Position numbers and translations under genes: made by a program
Shown here: piece by piece, positions 50,979-61,726 of the stretch
How the letters are laid out: every line of letters starts with the position of its first letter
Numbering within the stretch: position 1 is the stretch's first letter
The notes under the pieces: generated by a model
The model's database searches: none
The model's input: only the letters and a program-made list of their open reading frames with translations
Told to the model about the DNA's origin: nothing
Assembly (NCBI GenBank): GCA_963691875.1
Contig: OY829846.1
Location: 96,001-160,000, forward strand
Direction: 5' to 3'
DNA from: Aureliella sp.
GTDB taxonomy: Bacteria; Planctomycetota; Planctomycetia; Pirellulales; Pirellulaceae
DNA length: 64,000 bases

Positions 50979-51392
50979 AAAACGACGTTTTTAGCGAGCC
51001 TTGGAGATTAAAAACGACGTTTTCTAGGAAGCTCTAAAAACGACGTTTTTGAAAAACGACATTTTTCGGTCCAAGGAGTCCAAGTAAGGTCCAAGTAACG
51101 ACATGCGTTTGACCCAATAAAAACAAGGGTGGTCCAAGGAGTCCAAGTAAGTCTCCAAAAGTTAGTTGGGAAAAGAAAAGTGATTTAATAGCATCGAAGC
51201 GTTTCTATGTAAGGACTTTTGGGAAGTTACTTGGACTCCTTGGACCGACCAATAAAAACAAGGGTCAAACGGGTGTTCTTACCTGGACCCTACTTGGACC
51301 GAGCCCGGACCAAAACGAGAAAATAAGAAAACGACGTTTTCAGAGAAAATGACAAAACGTCGTTTTGAGGTTTTTAGACGTGAAATTTACCG
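50979..51392. repeat. Iteron-like symmetric repeat cluster, candidate replication origin
   Basis: 6x AAAACGWCRTTTT, GTCCAAG iterons in both orientations, AT-rich core. Confidence 0.75.
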
Positions 51393-51413
51393 TATTAGTG
51401 CAGGAGCTAAGTC

Positions 51414-51857
51414 CTACATTACGTGAGCCATCATTTCGCGTTGAGCTTTCGAAGCATCTGGCAGTCCGAGCTCGTCGAGGTACCCGTACTTGTCGAGCGT
51501 ATCCATGATGATCGCGGTCGTCTCGATCTTGCCCTGGGCAATCGCTTGCACTAGGTGAGCTGCAGGATGGATGCAGTCCCAAGTGTGTTGCTCGTTCGCG
51601 GGGTTATCGTTGGGCGATTCAGTTGCTGTCGTGGGCAGTGCCTCAGTGTACCCCTGTGGGGTCAGTTCACCGTCCGCGATAGCGATCTTGATTTCTTTGA
51701 CGGTTCGGAACAGGTGGTCGCCTGCTTCCTCTACACGCCACTTGTTACCCTCTGGGACGCAGATGTAGTCGTGCCCGTCTTTGGTCAGCTTCCAACGGTT
51801 CGATCCGTCGGGTTGTTTGAGCTTGGTTCCCTTGGGCAGTTCATTCGGGTTTACCAT
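51414..51857 (-). CDS. Phage hypothetical protein
   Basis: AAGGA RBS, 147 aa. Confidence 0.65.
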   Translation of the reverse strand: MVNPNELPKGTKLKQPDGSNRWKLTKDGHDYICVPEGNKWRVEEAGDHLFRTVKEIKIAIADGELTPQGYTEALPTTATESPNDNPANEQHTWDCIHPAAHLVQAIAQGKIETTAIIMDTLDKYGYLDELGLPDASKAQREMMAHVM

Positions 51858-51888
51858 GGTAGAAAGTAGTCCTTCGGTTAGAGTTCGT

Positions 51889-52113
51889 TTACGAGCGAGT
51901 TCGCCCGTCTAGAAAGTTCTTTGGAATAGGTTGGTTGTTGACAGTCTCTTGAGCGATCGGGAGCAGGTACGCCAGAGCCCACGCGGTGAAGGTCATCCCT
52001 TCGTCCCGAGCAGCCTTCTTGAGCGTAGCCCAAGTCGCATCGTCGACACGTCCTAGTTGCCGTGGTCGGTCCCACGCACCTTGTTTGGTCGGCGGTCTTC
52101 CTCCTTTGCTCAT
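51889..52113 (-). CDS. Ribbon-helix-helix-like DNA-binding protein
   Basis: GGRPP..RQLGRVDDATWATLKKAARDEGMTFTAW; AGGAG RBS. Confidence 0.65.
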   Translation of the reverse strand: MSKGGRPPTKQGAWDRPRQLGRVDDATWATLKKAARDEGMTFTAWALAYLLPIAQETVNNQPIPKNFLDGRTRS

Positions 52114-52176
52114 CGGTTAGTTCTCCTTTCGTGTTGGTGTAGTGACGGTATGGTATCAAACGTCAATACGTGTTTT

Positions 52177-52494
52177 CTAGGCTTGATTCCCTTTCAGCAA
52201 TTTCTTTGCTTCAGCGTAACTAATGGGTTCATCGGTTATGCTGTCTCCAGGAGGATGGAACCTGCCTGCAAGCGTTGCTTTCCACCCGGTAGCGACCATT
52301 TCTTGGAAAATGGCGAGTTTTGAGTCTGGTAACAAGTACGCCCCCTCTCGCCCTGAGAACCCTGCTTTGAGAGCGTCTAGGATATGGCTTGTTGGACCCT
52401 TGTATCTGTCTCGGTTGTCTTGAGGGCGAATCGCCCAATGCAACCTGCGGTACCGTGCTCGTGAGACGGTGTAAGGTTTAGTTTCAGTGTTCAT
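52177..52494 (-). CDS. Phage hypothetical protein
   Basis: GGGAG RBS, 105 aa. Confidence 0.6.
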   Translation of the reverse strand: MNTETKPYTVSRARYRRLHWAIRPQDNRDRYKGPTSHILDALKAGFSGREGAYLLPDSKLAIFQEMVATGWKATLAGRFHPPGDSITDEPISYAEAKKLLKGNQA

Positions 52495-52499
52495 TGGTT

Positions 52500-52784
52500 C
52501 TAGTCTCCCTCGTTTGATAAGTCGTTCGCAATTTGCCGCATCCCAGCAGAGATGCCCGTAAGCAGTGAGACAGTGGGTGGAGAGTTGTCGAGTCGATCCG
52601 CCCAGTCGCGAAGTTGTTCAGCCATCCCTTCGTTCACGTACAGCGCGGCGTTCAGGTTGTATTCGACGTGGTTGGCGATTACGTCATCCCAGTAGGAAAC
52701 AAATATTTCACTTCCGCGGATAATGATCGTCGCGCCGCGAGGAACAACGGTTTCGTTGCCTTCTGTTGCGTTAGTGGATTCCAT
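52500..52784 (-). CDS. Phage hypothetical protein
   Basis: TAATG coupling to upstream gene. Confidence 0.6.
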   Translation of the reverse strand: MESTNATEGNETVVPRGATIIIRGSEIFVSYWDDVIANHVEYNLNAALYVNEGMAEQLRDWADRLDNSPPTVSLLTGISAGMRQIANDLSNEGD

Positions 52785-53101
52785 TAGTTCCCCTCCAAAA
52801 TCTGCTTGTCGAGTTCGTAGTTCGCCATCGGTTCAAACCAGACACGTTTGCCTCCAATGTCGAGCCAGTCTCGCTCGATCTTCGATCCTAGTAAGTAGTC
52901 CGCTAGTGGATACCAGTCGTCTGAGTACACGCAGAGCGTTCCGTTTTCGTCAGCTATCGCATGTTTGATTTTGTGCTGTTCGATGAACGCATTTGCATCA
53001 GTGCGACTAGGCACCTGGTTAGGCCGTTTCGGCTTCTCGGTCAGCTTGATTCCGACCGCAGCTGCAAGCAGCAACAGAGTTACAGTGAGACTTCGTTTCA
53101 T
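52784..53101 (-). CDS. Exported or membrane-anchored hypothetical protein
   Basis: Probable start MKRSLTVTLLLLAAAVG. Confidence 0.6.
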   Translation of the reverse strand: MKRSLTVTLLLLAAAVGIKLTEKPKRPNQVPSRTDANAFIEQHKIKHAIADENGTLCVYSDDWYPLADYLLGSKIERDWLDIGGKRVWFEPMANYELDKQILEGN

Positions 53102-53114
53102 GGTGGTGCCCTCG

Positions 53115-53471
53115 CTAGTTGACGAACCCGTTACGCATTGTCGAGCGTGAGTAGATTTGTGGATTTGCGACCGTCGGACAAAGATTTCGACGTAGTTCAC
53201 AGAGCTCGTCAATTTGCCGGTCAAGTTGATACAGTTCTTCGGCTACCTCGGCGATGTTGTCGAAGTCTTGCTTTCTTTGGTCCGCCAATTCGACTTGAGA
53301 CTCTGCCGATGACACGCGCCGTTCGTACTCTCGGCGGTGCTTTGAATTCTTGCGAAGTTTGGCGAGCTCTGCTCTCTGGTGTTCCAGATAGCCTCTTGCT
53401 CCTTCGAGCCTACTTGTGCCTTCGGAACGAAGCAGCTCAGCGGCTTGTTTCACAGTAAGTTTGTTTTCCAT
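53115..53471 (-). CDS. Coiled-coil hypothetical protein
   Basis: GGAG RBS, 118 aa. Confidence 0.6.
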   Translation of the reverse strand: MENKLTVKQAAELLRSEGTSRLEGARGYLEHQRAELAKLRKNSKHRREYERRVSSAESQVELADQRKQDFDNIAEVAEELYQLDRQIDELCELRRNLCPTVANPQIYSRSTMRNGFVN

Positions 53472-53484
53472 TTCTGTCTCTCCG

Positions 53485-53520
53485 GTAAGTGGTGTGTGTA
53501 AGTGGTGTGTGTAAGTGGTG
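53485..53520. repeat. 13-bp tandem repeat x2.8
   Basis: GTAAGTGGTGTGT at 53485, 53498 and partial at 53511. Confidence 0.85.
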
Positions 53521-53522
53521 AG

Positions 53523-53870
53523 TTAAAGGTAAACAGGTTCTCGGTTGTCGATACAGTCGATCGCCGTTTGGAATCGAACGTCCGCGCGTAGTTCTCGGAG
53601 TTCTGCGTTTGCTTCGATCCGTTTGGAGATCGGCATATCTTTCTGGTTCTTCAGTCGAAAGACTCGTTCGAAGAGTTCGACGTTAGACTTTGTGCTGTCG
53701 TTCAGGTGGGCAATAGCTTGGTACTTAGTGAGCTCGCAGTAGCTGTCGCCCTTCTCCGCCCGAAAGTGCAAGTGGTACTTTCCGCCCCTCCTACCGTTCC
53801 AGACTGCAACTGCTTTGCAGACAACTTGGTACCCTTGTTCGGTCAGTTTTCGGATCTGTTCTTTATTCAT
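53523..53870 (-). CDS. Phage hypothetical protein
   Basis: Leader AGAACTAGGAACTAACTA-ATG. Confidence 0.65.
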   Translation of the reverse strand: MNKEQIRKLTEQGYQVVCKAVAVWNGRRGGKYHLHFRAEKGDSYCELTKYQAIAHLNDSTKSNVELFERVFRLKNQKDMPISKRIEANAELRELRADVRFQTAIDCIDNREPVYL

Positions 53871-53898
53871 TAGTTAGTTCCTAGTTCTTTTGTTGACG

Positions 53899-54138
53899 TT
53901 AGACGCCAAGTTTCGAAGCGTATCCGCATTCGTTTTTCAAAGCTTTGAATCCGGCTTCGTCATCCTGCCCTAGTAATTCAACTAGGTTTGCGTGGTATTG
54001 GCTCGGGACATGCCGATATGTTCGCGCGGTACGTCCCGCTTTTGTGTGTGCTCGCATCCCTGCGCGGTATTCGGCTGCGGCTAGGCGTTGAAGGTAACTC
54101 TGGGCAGACTCGAAGAAAGATCGTTTGGGGTTTCGCAT
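53899..54138 (-). CDS. Phage hypothetical protein
   Basis: Identical leader AGAACTAGGAACTAACTA-ATG. Confidence 0.65.
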   Translation of the reverse strand: MRNPKRSFFESAQSYLQRLAAAEYRAGMRAHTKAGRTARTYRHVPSQYHANLVELLGQDDEAGFKALKNECGYASKLGV

Positions 54139-54585
54139 TAGTTAGTTCCTAGTTCTCGTGTTAGTTTTCGTTGTAATCTTCGTTTGGTAAGTCCCACCGA
54201 ACTTGCAAACCAGCAAATCGGTTCGGAGCACTGTAAAGACAGCGGAACGGTAGTTTGTCTCGAAGCTCGAAGAATTCGTCCTCCTTGCTTCGCGGTAGAT
54301 AGAAGTACTCACCTCAGGGTTCGACTACTTGTCGAGTCGCCCCTAGTCGCGCAAGAGCAGCTCTTGTTACGCGACGTAGTTTCTTCGTCTCTTCTGTTTG
54401 CTCTTTTCTGGTCATAGCTGGACTCCTAGTTCTTGTGTTGCCAGTTCTTCGAAGACTCGTTCAGACATGGTTCAGTTCCTAGTTGCAGAGATACAGCCAG
54501 AGGATGTAAACGAGTTCGATAAGTCTGACCGTATAGACAATCAGGCCGTGATAGTCGTTCTTTTCGTACCATTGTTTGCGGTTCA

Positions 54586-55305
54586 TCAAATTAACTCGGC
54601 TTCTAGTTTTTGTGCTCGTGATTCGAATTCGCGCAGAGTTACTTGCTGACATATCCGGGCGCCGTGTTTGTGCCCTTTGGACAAGTAGTAAAACTGCTGG
54701 TCCAAGTGGGGCCACGCAAAGAAACTCGTTTTGGTTTCCGCCTTGTCGGTCAGCCAGTTTGCTCGAAGGGTTCGACCAAACCGGTTTGGTTTGGATTCGA
54801 GAATCTCGAATACGTATCCGTTAGATTCTTGGCTTAGCGTGTTGACTAGTCGCACTGCCGGTTCGCGTAGTTGCTCCGGTTTCAGATACAGCCGCCGATC
54901 CGTAGTTAGGAGAGCAGCGCGAGCAACTGGTTTCCCTGCTGAAAAGTTCAGCCAGAACTGAAAGTGGGGACAGAACTGAAAGCAAACTCCCTCGATAGTG
55001 CGGGTCCGACGTTCAGCCCATTTTGCTAAGTACCGCTCTTGGTGAACGTATGGGCGCCGCGAAAGTTCCACGCGGTAAGCGCGTATCTGGTGGTGCAATT
55101 CGCAAATGTAGCCAACCTGATCGGAGCTTGCCGACCGGCCAAGCTTGTGTAGTTCTTCAAGCAGATCTTCTTCGGAGCAGTACCGTTTGCTCTTAATCTC
55201 TGCGATTATCGCGCTATGCGGAATCGCGCGGAACACTCGCATAACTTCGCGAAGTTTCTTTGTTCTTTCTTTGTCGTCCATCGTCGAACCCTTAAAAGTT
55301 GCCAA
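54586..55305 (-). CDS. Phage hypothetical protein
   Basis: 239-aa ORF, probable start MDDKER. Confidence 0.65.
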   Translation of the reverse strand: MATFKGSTMDDKERTKKLREVMRVFRAIPHSAIIAEIKSKRYCSEEDLLEELHKLGRSASSDQVGYICELHHQIRAYRVELSRRPYVHQERYLAKWAERRTRTIEGVCFQFCPHFQFWLNFSAGKPVARAALLTTDRRLYLKPEQLREPAVRLVNTLSQESNGYVFEILESKPNRFGRTLRANWLTDKAETKTSFFAWPHLDQQFYYLSKGHKHGARICQQVTLREFESRAQKLEAELI

Positions 55306-55356
55306 CTAAGCAGAGCAGACCGCACTAGAAAGCCAGTGCGGCATCGCTCCGACTAG

Positions 55357-56682
55357 TTAGCTCAACGGGATAACCTTGCCGTACGGGATTCGCTCCGGAC
55401 GAACAGAGTGTTCAGAAAGCGCCCAACAAACGGGAAAGCGCGGTTTCTTGGGATAGCTCGCATACCCGTCAGTGAGCATTACGAGAGCAGCTGCGTCGAC
55501 TTTCTTTGCGTGAGCGAAACACTCTTTAAAGTCAGTACCACCGCTCTCGATTTTGCCGACTTTGAACCGTTCGCCATTGCGGAACACGTCCACGCGGTAG
55601 ACTTCGGAATGGAAATAGACGACATGCAATTCGGAGAATGTAGAGTTGCTGAAAACAGAGTTGAGAGCAGCTGAGACCCGTTCTATTTCTTTGCGTCCGA
55701 TCGATCCGGACGTGTCGACAGCAAAAACGAGTTTTTCGAGTCCATCGTTGCGGTAGCTCGCATAATGGACGCCCATAGCAGCTAAGCGCTTATCTGCAAC
55801 GTTCCAATCTCCGGCAGACGGTTCGCATTGCTCCACAAATTGGGATAGGTAGGATTCAAGCGCTCGAGATTGTTTGCGCTCTTGCGCTGCTATCGTCTCG
55901 ATTCCGTTTGCTTTGCCCTTCCCAGCTGCTTTTTCCGCAATAGCTGCGCGTTGAACTGCTCGCGATACTTCGCGGTCCAATTTCTGCAGCTGCTCCGGAG
56001 TCGAAGCGCCGTCAATCACACCGCCCATCGAGACTTGGCAAGCTTCGCTTGCTTGTCCTTGTCCTTGCCCTTGTCCTTGCCCTTGTCCTTGTCCTTGTCC
56101 TTGTCCTTGTCCTTGTCCTTGCCCTTGTCCTTGTCCTTGTCCTTGTCCTTGTCCTTGTCCTTGCCCTTGTCCTTGTCCTTGTCCTTGCCCTTGTCCTTGT
56201 CCTTGTCCTTGTCCTTGTCCTTGTCCTTGTTTCTGCTCCTGCTCCTGCTCTTGTTCAAGTTGCCGATAAATATCGTACTCGTTCATTCCCCGGTATTTCT
56301 CGTCGAGCAGTCCATCGGTTGGCATCGCAAGCCAGTCTTCCGACTTGGCAAGATCGGACAACGTCAAGTTGATAACGTAATCAGCTGCAACGTTGAAAAG
56401 CTTTGCGTCGCGCTTTCCGCGCCGCAGGTGGTGTTTAAGCGCAACGTGTAAAATTTCATGCAAGTAAACAAACGCGCGTTCTTGCTGGTTCAGAGCGTTC
56501 CAAAAGTCGACTCCGAACCAAACAAACTTTCCGTTGGTACAAGCAGTCTCGACTTGGTCAGTAAAAGCAAAGTTGAAAATCGAGCTCAAAGCAAAGTATC
56601 CGGGCGCTTTCATCCGGACGCGCAAGCGTATCTTGTCGAGTTGTCGTTTTTGTTCTTCTGTTGGTTGAACTTCGTTAAACAT
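55357..56682 (-). CDS. DUF2201-type metallopeptidase-like plus vWA protein with (GQ)n linker
   Basis: TACTNG, HEILHVALKH, N.AAD..IN, VDTSGS MIDAS, GGTDF, LTDG; start ATG 56682 or TTG 56709. Confidence 0.9.
   Translation of the reverse strand: MFNEVQPTEEQKRQLDKIRLRVRMKAPGYFALSSIFNFAFTDQVETACTNGKFVWFGVDFWNALNQQERAFVYLHEILHVALKHHLRRGKRDAKLFNVAADYVINLTLSDLAKSEDWLAMPTDGLLDEKYRGMNEYDIYRQLEQEQEQEQKQGQGQGQGQGQGQGQGQGQGQGQGQGQGQGQGQGQGQGQGQGQGQGQGQGQGQGQGQGQASEACQVSMGGVIDGASTPEQLQKLDREVSRAVQRAAIAEKAAGKGKANGIETIAAQERKQSRALESYLSQFVEQCEPSAGDWNVADKRLAAMGVHYASYRNDGLEKLVFAVDTSGSIGRKEIERVSAALNSVFSNSTFSELHVVYFHSEVYRVDVFRNGERFKVGKIESGGTDFKECFAHAKKVDAAALVMLTDGYASYPKKPRFPVCWALSEHSVRPERIPYGKVIPLS
56053..56229. 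repeat. Hexamer microsatellite TTGTCC/TTGCCC, about 29 units, encoding (GQ)n
   Basis: Read directly from sequence. Confidence 0.95.
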
Positions 56683-56732
56683 GGGAGAAAAAACCTTAGG
56701 TAGTGCCAATGATACCGGGAAATTTACCGCAA

Positions 56733-57758
56733 CTAGTCTGCAAGTAGATCTTGGAAAGCAGCAACCGCGTCAGCCCATGCTGGCGAGCTCCTGAAACTTG
56801 GGAACTTAGCGCGTAGATCCCAAACGAGTCCGAACCCTGAAACACGGTCCGTACGTTCCGCGTACGTAACAACGTTTGCAAACTGCGCGTGGTTGTCCTC
56901 ACAAGCGCCAATGATTGCAGCTGCGTAGCAGCATTGTTCCTCAACCTTGGAAGGAACCGGGGCAGAATCCGGACTCTGCAGAACTAGTTGCGGGTCCGGA
57001 GTCTCAATCTCGCGAAAAGCTAAGTACTTAGCGCCAACGTCCTGACCTAGACAACCTACGCACTGCAGTTCCGCAATGGTCGGATCGGCGCTTATCTGCG
57101 CCGCGGATTCAAGTCGGTTCAACCGCTCGTAATCCCTTGGAGTCGCGCCCGCGTAGCTGTCGTCCGGATCGAATCCGTCATTAACTGCAGTTTCGCCAAA
57201 CGCGCGGATGAACCCTAGCAGCTTCGAATCCCATGCTCGCGAATACCCAAACTGCAACAGCGTCTGATAGCAAGCTTGCAGAGTCACGCACAAACAGCGA
57301 CCCTTGAGAGCGGTGGAAATTTCGCGAGCAGCTGCGCTATCCTCTGGCCGATTGGACGCAGCGCAAACGTAGGAACCGTCTGCAAGTTTGTGTTCGCCTA
57401 GCGTATGGTCGTTAATGAGACGATACCAAGCAGACTGTTCGAAGCTAACGCAATCCCCTAACTCGTCAATTAGTATCAAGACTGGCTTGTCCAGTGGGAT
57501 ACGTCCGGACGCAGCGCGTTGGGTCTTTCCGTCTTCGACGTGATACAGTCCCGCCAAGTCAATCGGATTATTCTCGCGAGTCGATAGAACATAGACACCA
57601 CCGGTAAAACGATCTGCGAACGCTCTGCCAAGCGCTTCAACAATAGTCGTTTTTCCGAGTCCTGGTTGACCGAAAAGCAGAGTTGGAACGTTGCAGACGA
57701 CGTTAGCGCCCAAAATTTTCTTGACTTGGGAAATAGTAGCGGTTGGAACGTTGGTCAT
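56733..57758 (-). CDS. MoxR-like AAA+ ATPase
   Basis: GQPGLGKT, DLAGL, ILIDE, ASNRPED, ALKGR, TPR. Confidence 0.9.
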   Translation of the reverse strand: MTNVPTATISQVKKILGANVVCNVPTLLFGQPGLGKTTIVEALGRAFADRFTGGVYVLSTRENNPIDLAGLYHVEDGKTQRAASGRIPLDKPVLILIDELGDCVSFEQSAWYRLINDHTLGEHKLADGSYVCAASNRPEDSAAAREISTALKGRCLCVTLQACYQTLLQFGYSRAWDSKLLGFIRAFGETAVNDGFDPDDSYAGATPRDYERLNRLESAAQISADPTIAELQCVGCLGQDVGAKYLAFREIETPDPQLVLQSPDSAPVPSKVEEQCCYAAAIIGACEDNHAQFANVVTYAERTDRVSGFGLVWDLRAKFPSFRSSPAWADAVAAFQDLLAD

Positions 57759-57809
57759 TTTTGAAACTTTCGAAAGTGAGTAATAAACGGGAAATTTGCC
57801 GTAATTGGA

Positions 57810-58850
<1,041 letters not shown>

Positions 58851-58984
58851 GGGTGATATTCCTTAGATGGTGCCAGTGGGACGGAACTTTGCGGGAAATT
58901 TCCCTGCAGTCTAGTATTCGAACGAACAGCAATTACGTCAATACAAAAACTGCAATTAGCTGTAACTTTACCGCAAATATCCGT

Positions 58985-59260
58985 CTGCTCGTCAGCTGCG
59001 TCTAGTGCTCCTGCTCGTCAGCTGCGTCTAGTGCTCCGTTCGTCAGCTGCGTCTAGTGCTCCGTTCGTCAGCTGCGTCTAGTGCTCCTGCTCGTCAGCTG
59101 CGTCTAGTGCTCCGTTCGTCAGCTGCGTCTAGTGCTCCGTTCGTCAGCTGCGTCTAGTGCTCCTGCTCGTCAGCTGCGTCTAGTGCTCCGTTCGTCAGCT
59201 GCGTCTAGTGCTCCGTTCGTCAGCTGCGTCTAGTGCTCCTGCTCGTCAGCTGCGTCTAGT
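58985..59260. repeat. Non-coding tandem array, 11 units of 25/26 bp
   Basis: Core TCGTCAGCTGCGTCTAGTGCTC preceded by CTGC (A) or CGT (B); order AABBABBABBA. Confidence 0.95.
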
Positions 59261-59324
59261 CGCTGGGATTGCGCGGAGATGAACCGGAGAATTGCGCGGA
59301 GGTGCAGCGGGGGTTTGCCGCGTC

Positions 59325-59370
59325 GGGTCCTTTGGACGCCCCCACACCCCCTGCGGGGCCTGCGGGAACA
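59325..59370 (+). other. Candidate cosQ/cosN packaging site
   Basis: GGGTCCT (lambda cosQ heptamer) then GGGG 24 nt later, about 130 bp upstream of terminase. Confidence 0.5.
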
Positions 59371-59497
59371 ACCACCACAAGCCAATAAATATTGCAATGT
59401 GTGGAGGCTAGGCGCTCCCGTATTGTTTGACTGTTTCTACCTGTCACGGTAAATTAGCGGCAGAAATCCCGTAAAAAACAAAGGTAAGGACGCATTT

Positions 59498-61726
59498 GTG
59501 ATTGCTACTGCCCGCGCATCCACAGGACCGTCGAGCACTTTCTCACCTGGAGCAGGACTGACCGAAAGCGAGCGACACCGGGTGGAGGATACCCGAAGCC
59601 GAGCTCGAAAACGACAACGTCAAATATACGACGAAGCCGCGAGTCTTGGGGATCTACCATACTGCAAGGACATTGGGAGAAGGCGAGCTTGTGGACAATC
59701 CCTCTTGGAGTTTTTGATTCGGTATTTTCCGCATAGCACGGGGCTAAGCCCACTTGGGGAAGACCAACTTGCTTGCGTGGCAAGAATGCAGGTCGCGATC
59801 GAGGAAGAAGGCTGGGTCACAAATGTCATGCCTCGTGGATTCATCAAATCCACAATGTCTGAGAACTCTCTGCTTTGGGCTCTGCTTTATGGGAAACGTC
59901 GCTACGCGATGTTCTTCGCAGGAACAGCAGGACTAGCTGAGAAGGGAGTCGCCTCTGTCCTGAGCGAGTTGATTACGAACGATCTGCTTCTTGAGGATTT
60001 TCCAGAAGCTTGTATTCCGTTTCGTGCCCTTGAAGGCAAGACCATTCGTGCGAACTACCAGACGTATCGCGGGCAAGCAACGAACTTAGAATGCAAAAAG
60101 GATCTTCTCCGGTTTGCTAATATTCCGGGCTTCGAAGGTGCAGGCGCGATCCTTGAAGCTTACGGCGTTTTGGCTCCTCCTCGTGGTGCCCGGTACAAGA
60201 ACGAGAAAGGAGAGAACGTTCGCCCTGACCTTGCAGTGATCGATGACCCTAGTACCGACGACTCCGCAAAAAGCGATACACAAAATGCGAGTCGTCTCAG
60301 GTATATCAAGAACTCTATTTCGATGATGGGAGGACACGGCAGCGAGATGTCTCTCGTGATCAATGCAACGATCATTGCAGAGGGAGACTTAGCTTCTAGG
60401 TTGACCGACCCTGAAGAGAGTCCCGAGATCCAAGGTGTCCGCGTAGCGATGGTGAAGGAGATGCCGGATGCCTTGGAATCACATTGGCTGAAAGAGTATG
60501 CAGAGATACGTCGGAACTACGACCGAGACAACCCGCGAGGAAGAGTAGAGGCGAAAGAGAGATCGACGCAGTTCCTCAAGGAGAACTACGAGGTCATGCA
60601 CGCGGGATCTAAAGTCGCTTGGGAGAACATCGGTTTGGAGCGTACGGAAATCTCAGCTTTGCAGCACGCTCTAAATATCCTGATCGACAAAGGACCGGAT
60701 ACGTTCTGGGCAGAGTGCCAAAACAAACCTTTGCGTCCTCAGGGTATCGAGTCGTTAGAAATCACGAAGGATGTCGAAACCAGGTACTCCGGGCTGTCGG
60801 AGAAGATCGTACCTAATGACACTTCTTTCTTGGTTTTCGGAGTCGACGTTCACGCCGAGCTGCTCTATTTCACGGTCACCGCAGTCCAGCACGACTTCAC
60901 TGGAACCGTTATTGACTACGGGACTTTTCCAGAGCAGCCAAACGACATCTTCACTCTCCGAAGCGCGAAGAACACTCTTACAAAGCATTACTCTCTAGAG
61001 AAACAGAAGCTTGGTAACGAACGAGCGATTGAACAGGGAGTAGAAGACCTTGTCCATGAACTTTTGAACTCAGCTTACCGTACCGCGAACGGCGACCTTT
61101 TCCCGGTGACCGGAGGTGCTGTTGATATTGGGTACAAGCAAACTGAGTGCAAGAACGCTATTCGGCGACTGCTTCCTGCATCGGACAAGGTGATTCTGAC
61201 TCGCGGTATCGGCATCGGAGCCGTAAAGAAACCGATGCGAGAGTACGATCTTTCGGCGAAGAAAGTGATTCGATACGGACCTTCGATCGAAGACCCCCGG
61301 TGGATCGTTCCTTCATCTGGGAGGGACGGAGAATTGTATGAAGTGCAATTTGACTCCAACTTCTGGAAGGCAGTTGTAGCTAGCCGATTGACACAAAGCG
61401 CAACGAAATCTCGCTGGGATCTATATGGTTCTAGCAACCTTCGAACGAACCATATCCACTTTGCGAAGCATCTAATGGCTGAGCAAGCTACGCAGGTTTC
61501 TGCAAACGGTCGTGTAGTTGATGAATTTAATGTCGTTGGACACCAGGACAACCACTGGTTTGACACAACAGTCCAGTGTGCTGTGACTGCTAGTCTCTGT
61601 GGTGCAGTGCTGCCAGTAGCGGCTGTGGCACCCCTCCGAGCAGACCCAACACCGACACCAAAGATGGTTTCTGACTTGGAAATGGATCTTGGCGACGAAC
61701 GTCCGTTCCTGATTACAGCAAGATAG
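59498..61726 (+). CDS. terL: Terminase large subunit (gpA-type nuclease domain)
   Basis: MPRGFIKST Walker A, VIDDP Walker B, FGVDVH, VDIGY, NHWFD. Confidence 0.88.
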   Translation: MIATARASTGPSSTFSPGAGLTESERHRVEDTRSRARKRQRQIYDEAASLGDLPYCKDIGRRRACGQSLLEFLIRYFPHSTGLSPLGEDQLACVARMQVAIEEEGWVTNVMPRGFIKSTMSENSLLWALLYGKRRYAMFFAGTAGLAEKGVASVLSELITNDLLLEDFPEACIPFRALEGKTIRANYQTYRGQATNLECKKDLLRFANIPGFEGAGAILEAYGVLAPPRGARYKNEKGENVRPDLAVIDDPSTDDSAKSDTQNASRLRYIKNSISMMGGHGSEMSLVINATIIAEGDLASRLTDPEESPEIQGVRVAMVKEMPDALESHWLKEYAEIRRNYDRDNPRGRVEAKERSTQFLKENYEVMHAGSKVAWENIGLERTEISALQHALNILIDKGPDTFWAECQNKPLRPQGIESLEITKDVETRYSGLSEKIVPNDTSFLVFGVDVHAELLYFTVTAVQHDFTGTVIDYGTFPEQPNDIFTLRSAKNTLTKHYSLEKQKLGNERAIEQGVEDLVHELLNSAYRTANGDLFPVTGGAVDIGYKQTECKNAIRRLLPASDKVILTRGIGIGAVKKPMREYDLSAKKVIRYGPSIEDPRWIVPSSGRDGELYEVQFDSNFWKAVVASRLTQSATKSRWDLYGSSNLRTNHIHFAKHLMAEQATQVSANGRVVDEFNVVGHQDNHWFDTTVQCAVTASLCGAVLPVAAVAPLRADPTPTPKMVSDLEMDLGDERPFLITAR

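Noticed and set aside
55870..56451. (LS)n, (LV)n and (KD)n ORFs
   Set aside because: Alternative frames of the (GQ)n microsatellite.
58985..59260. CRISPR array
   Set aside because: Only 3-4-nt linkers of two types separate the repeats; there are no unique spacers and no cas operon.
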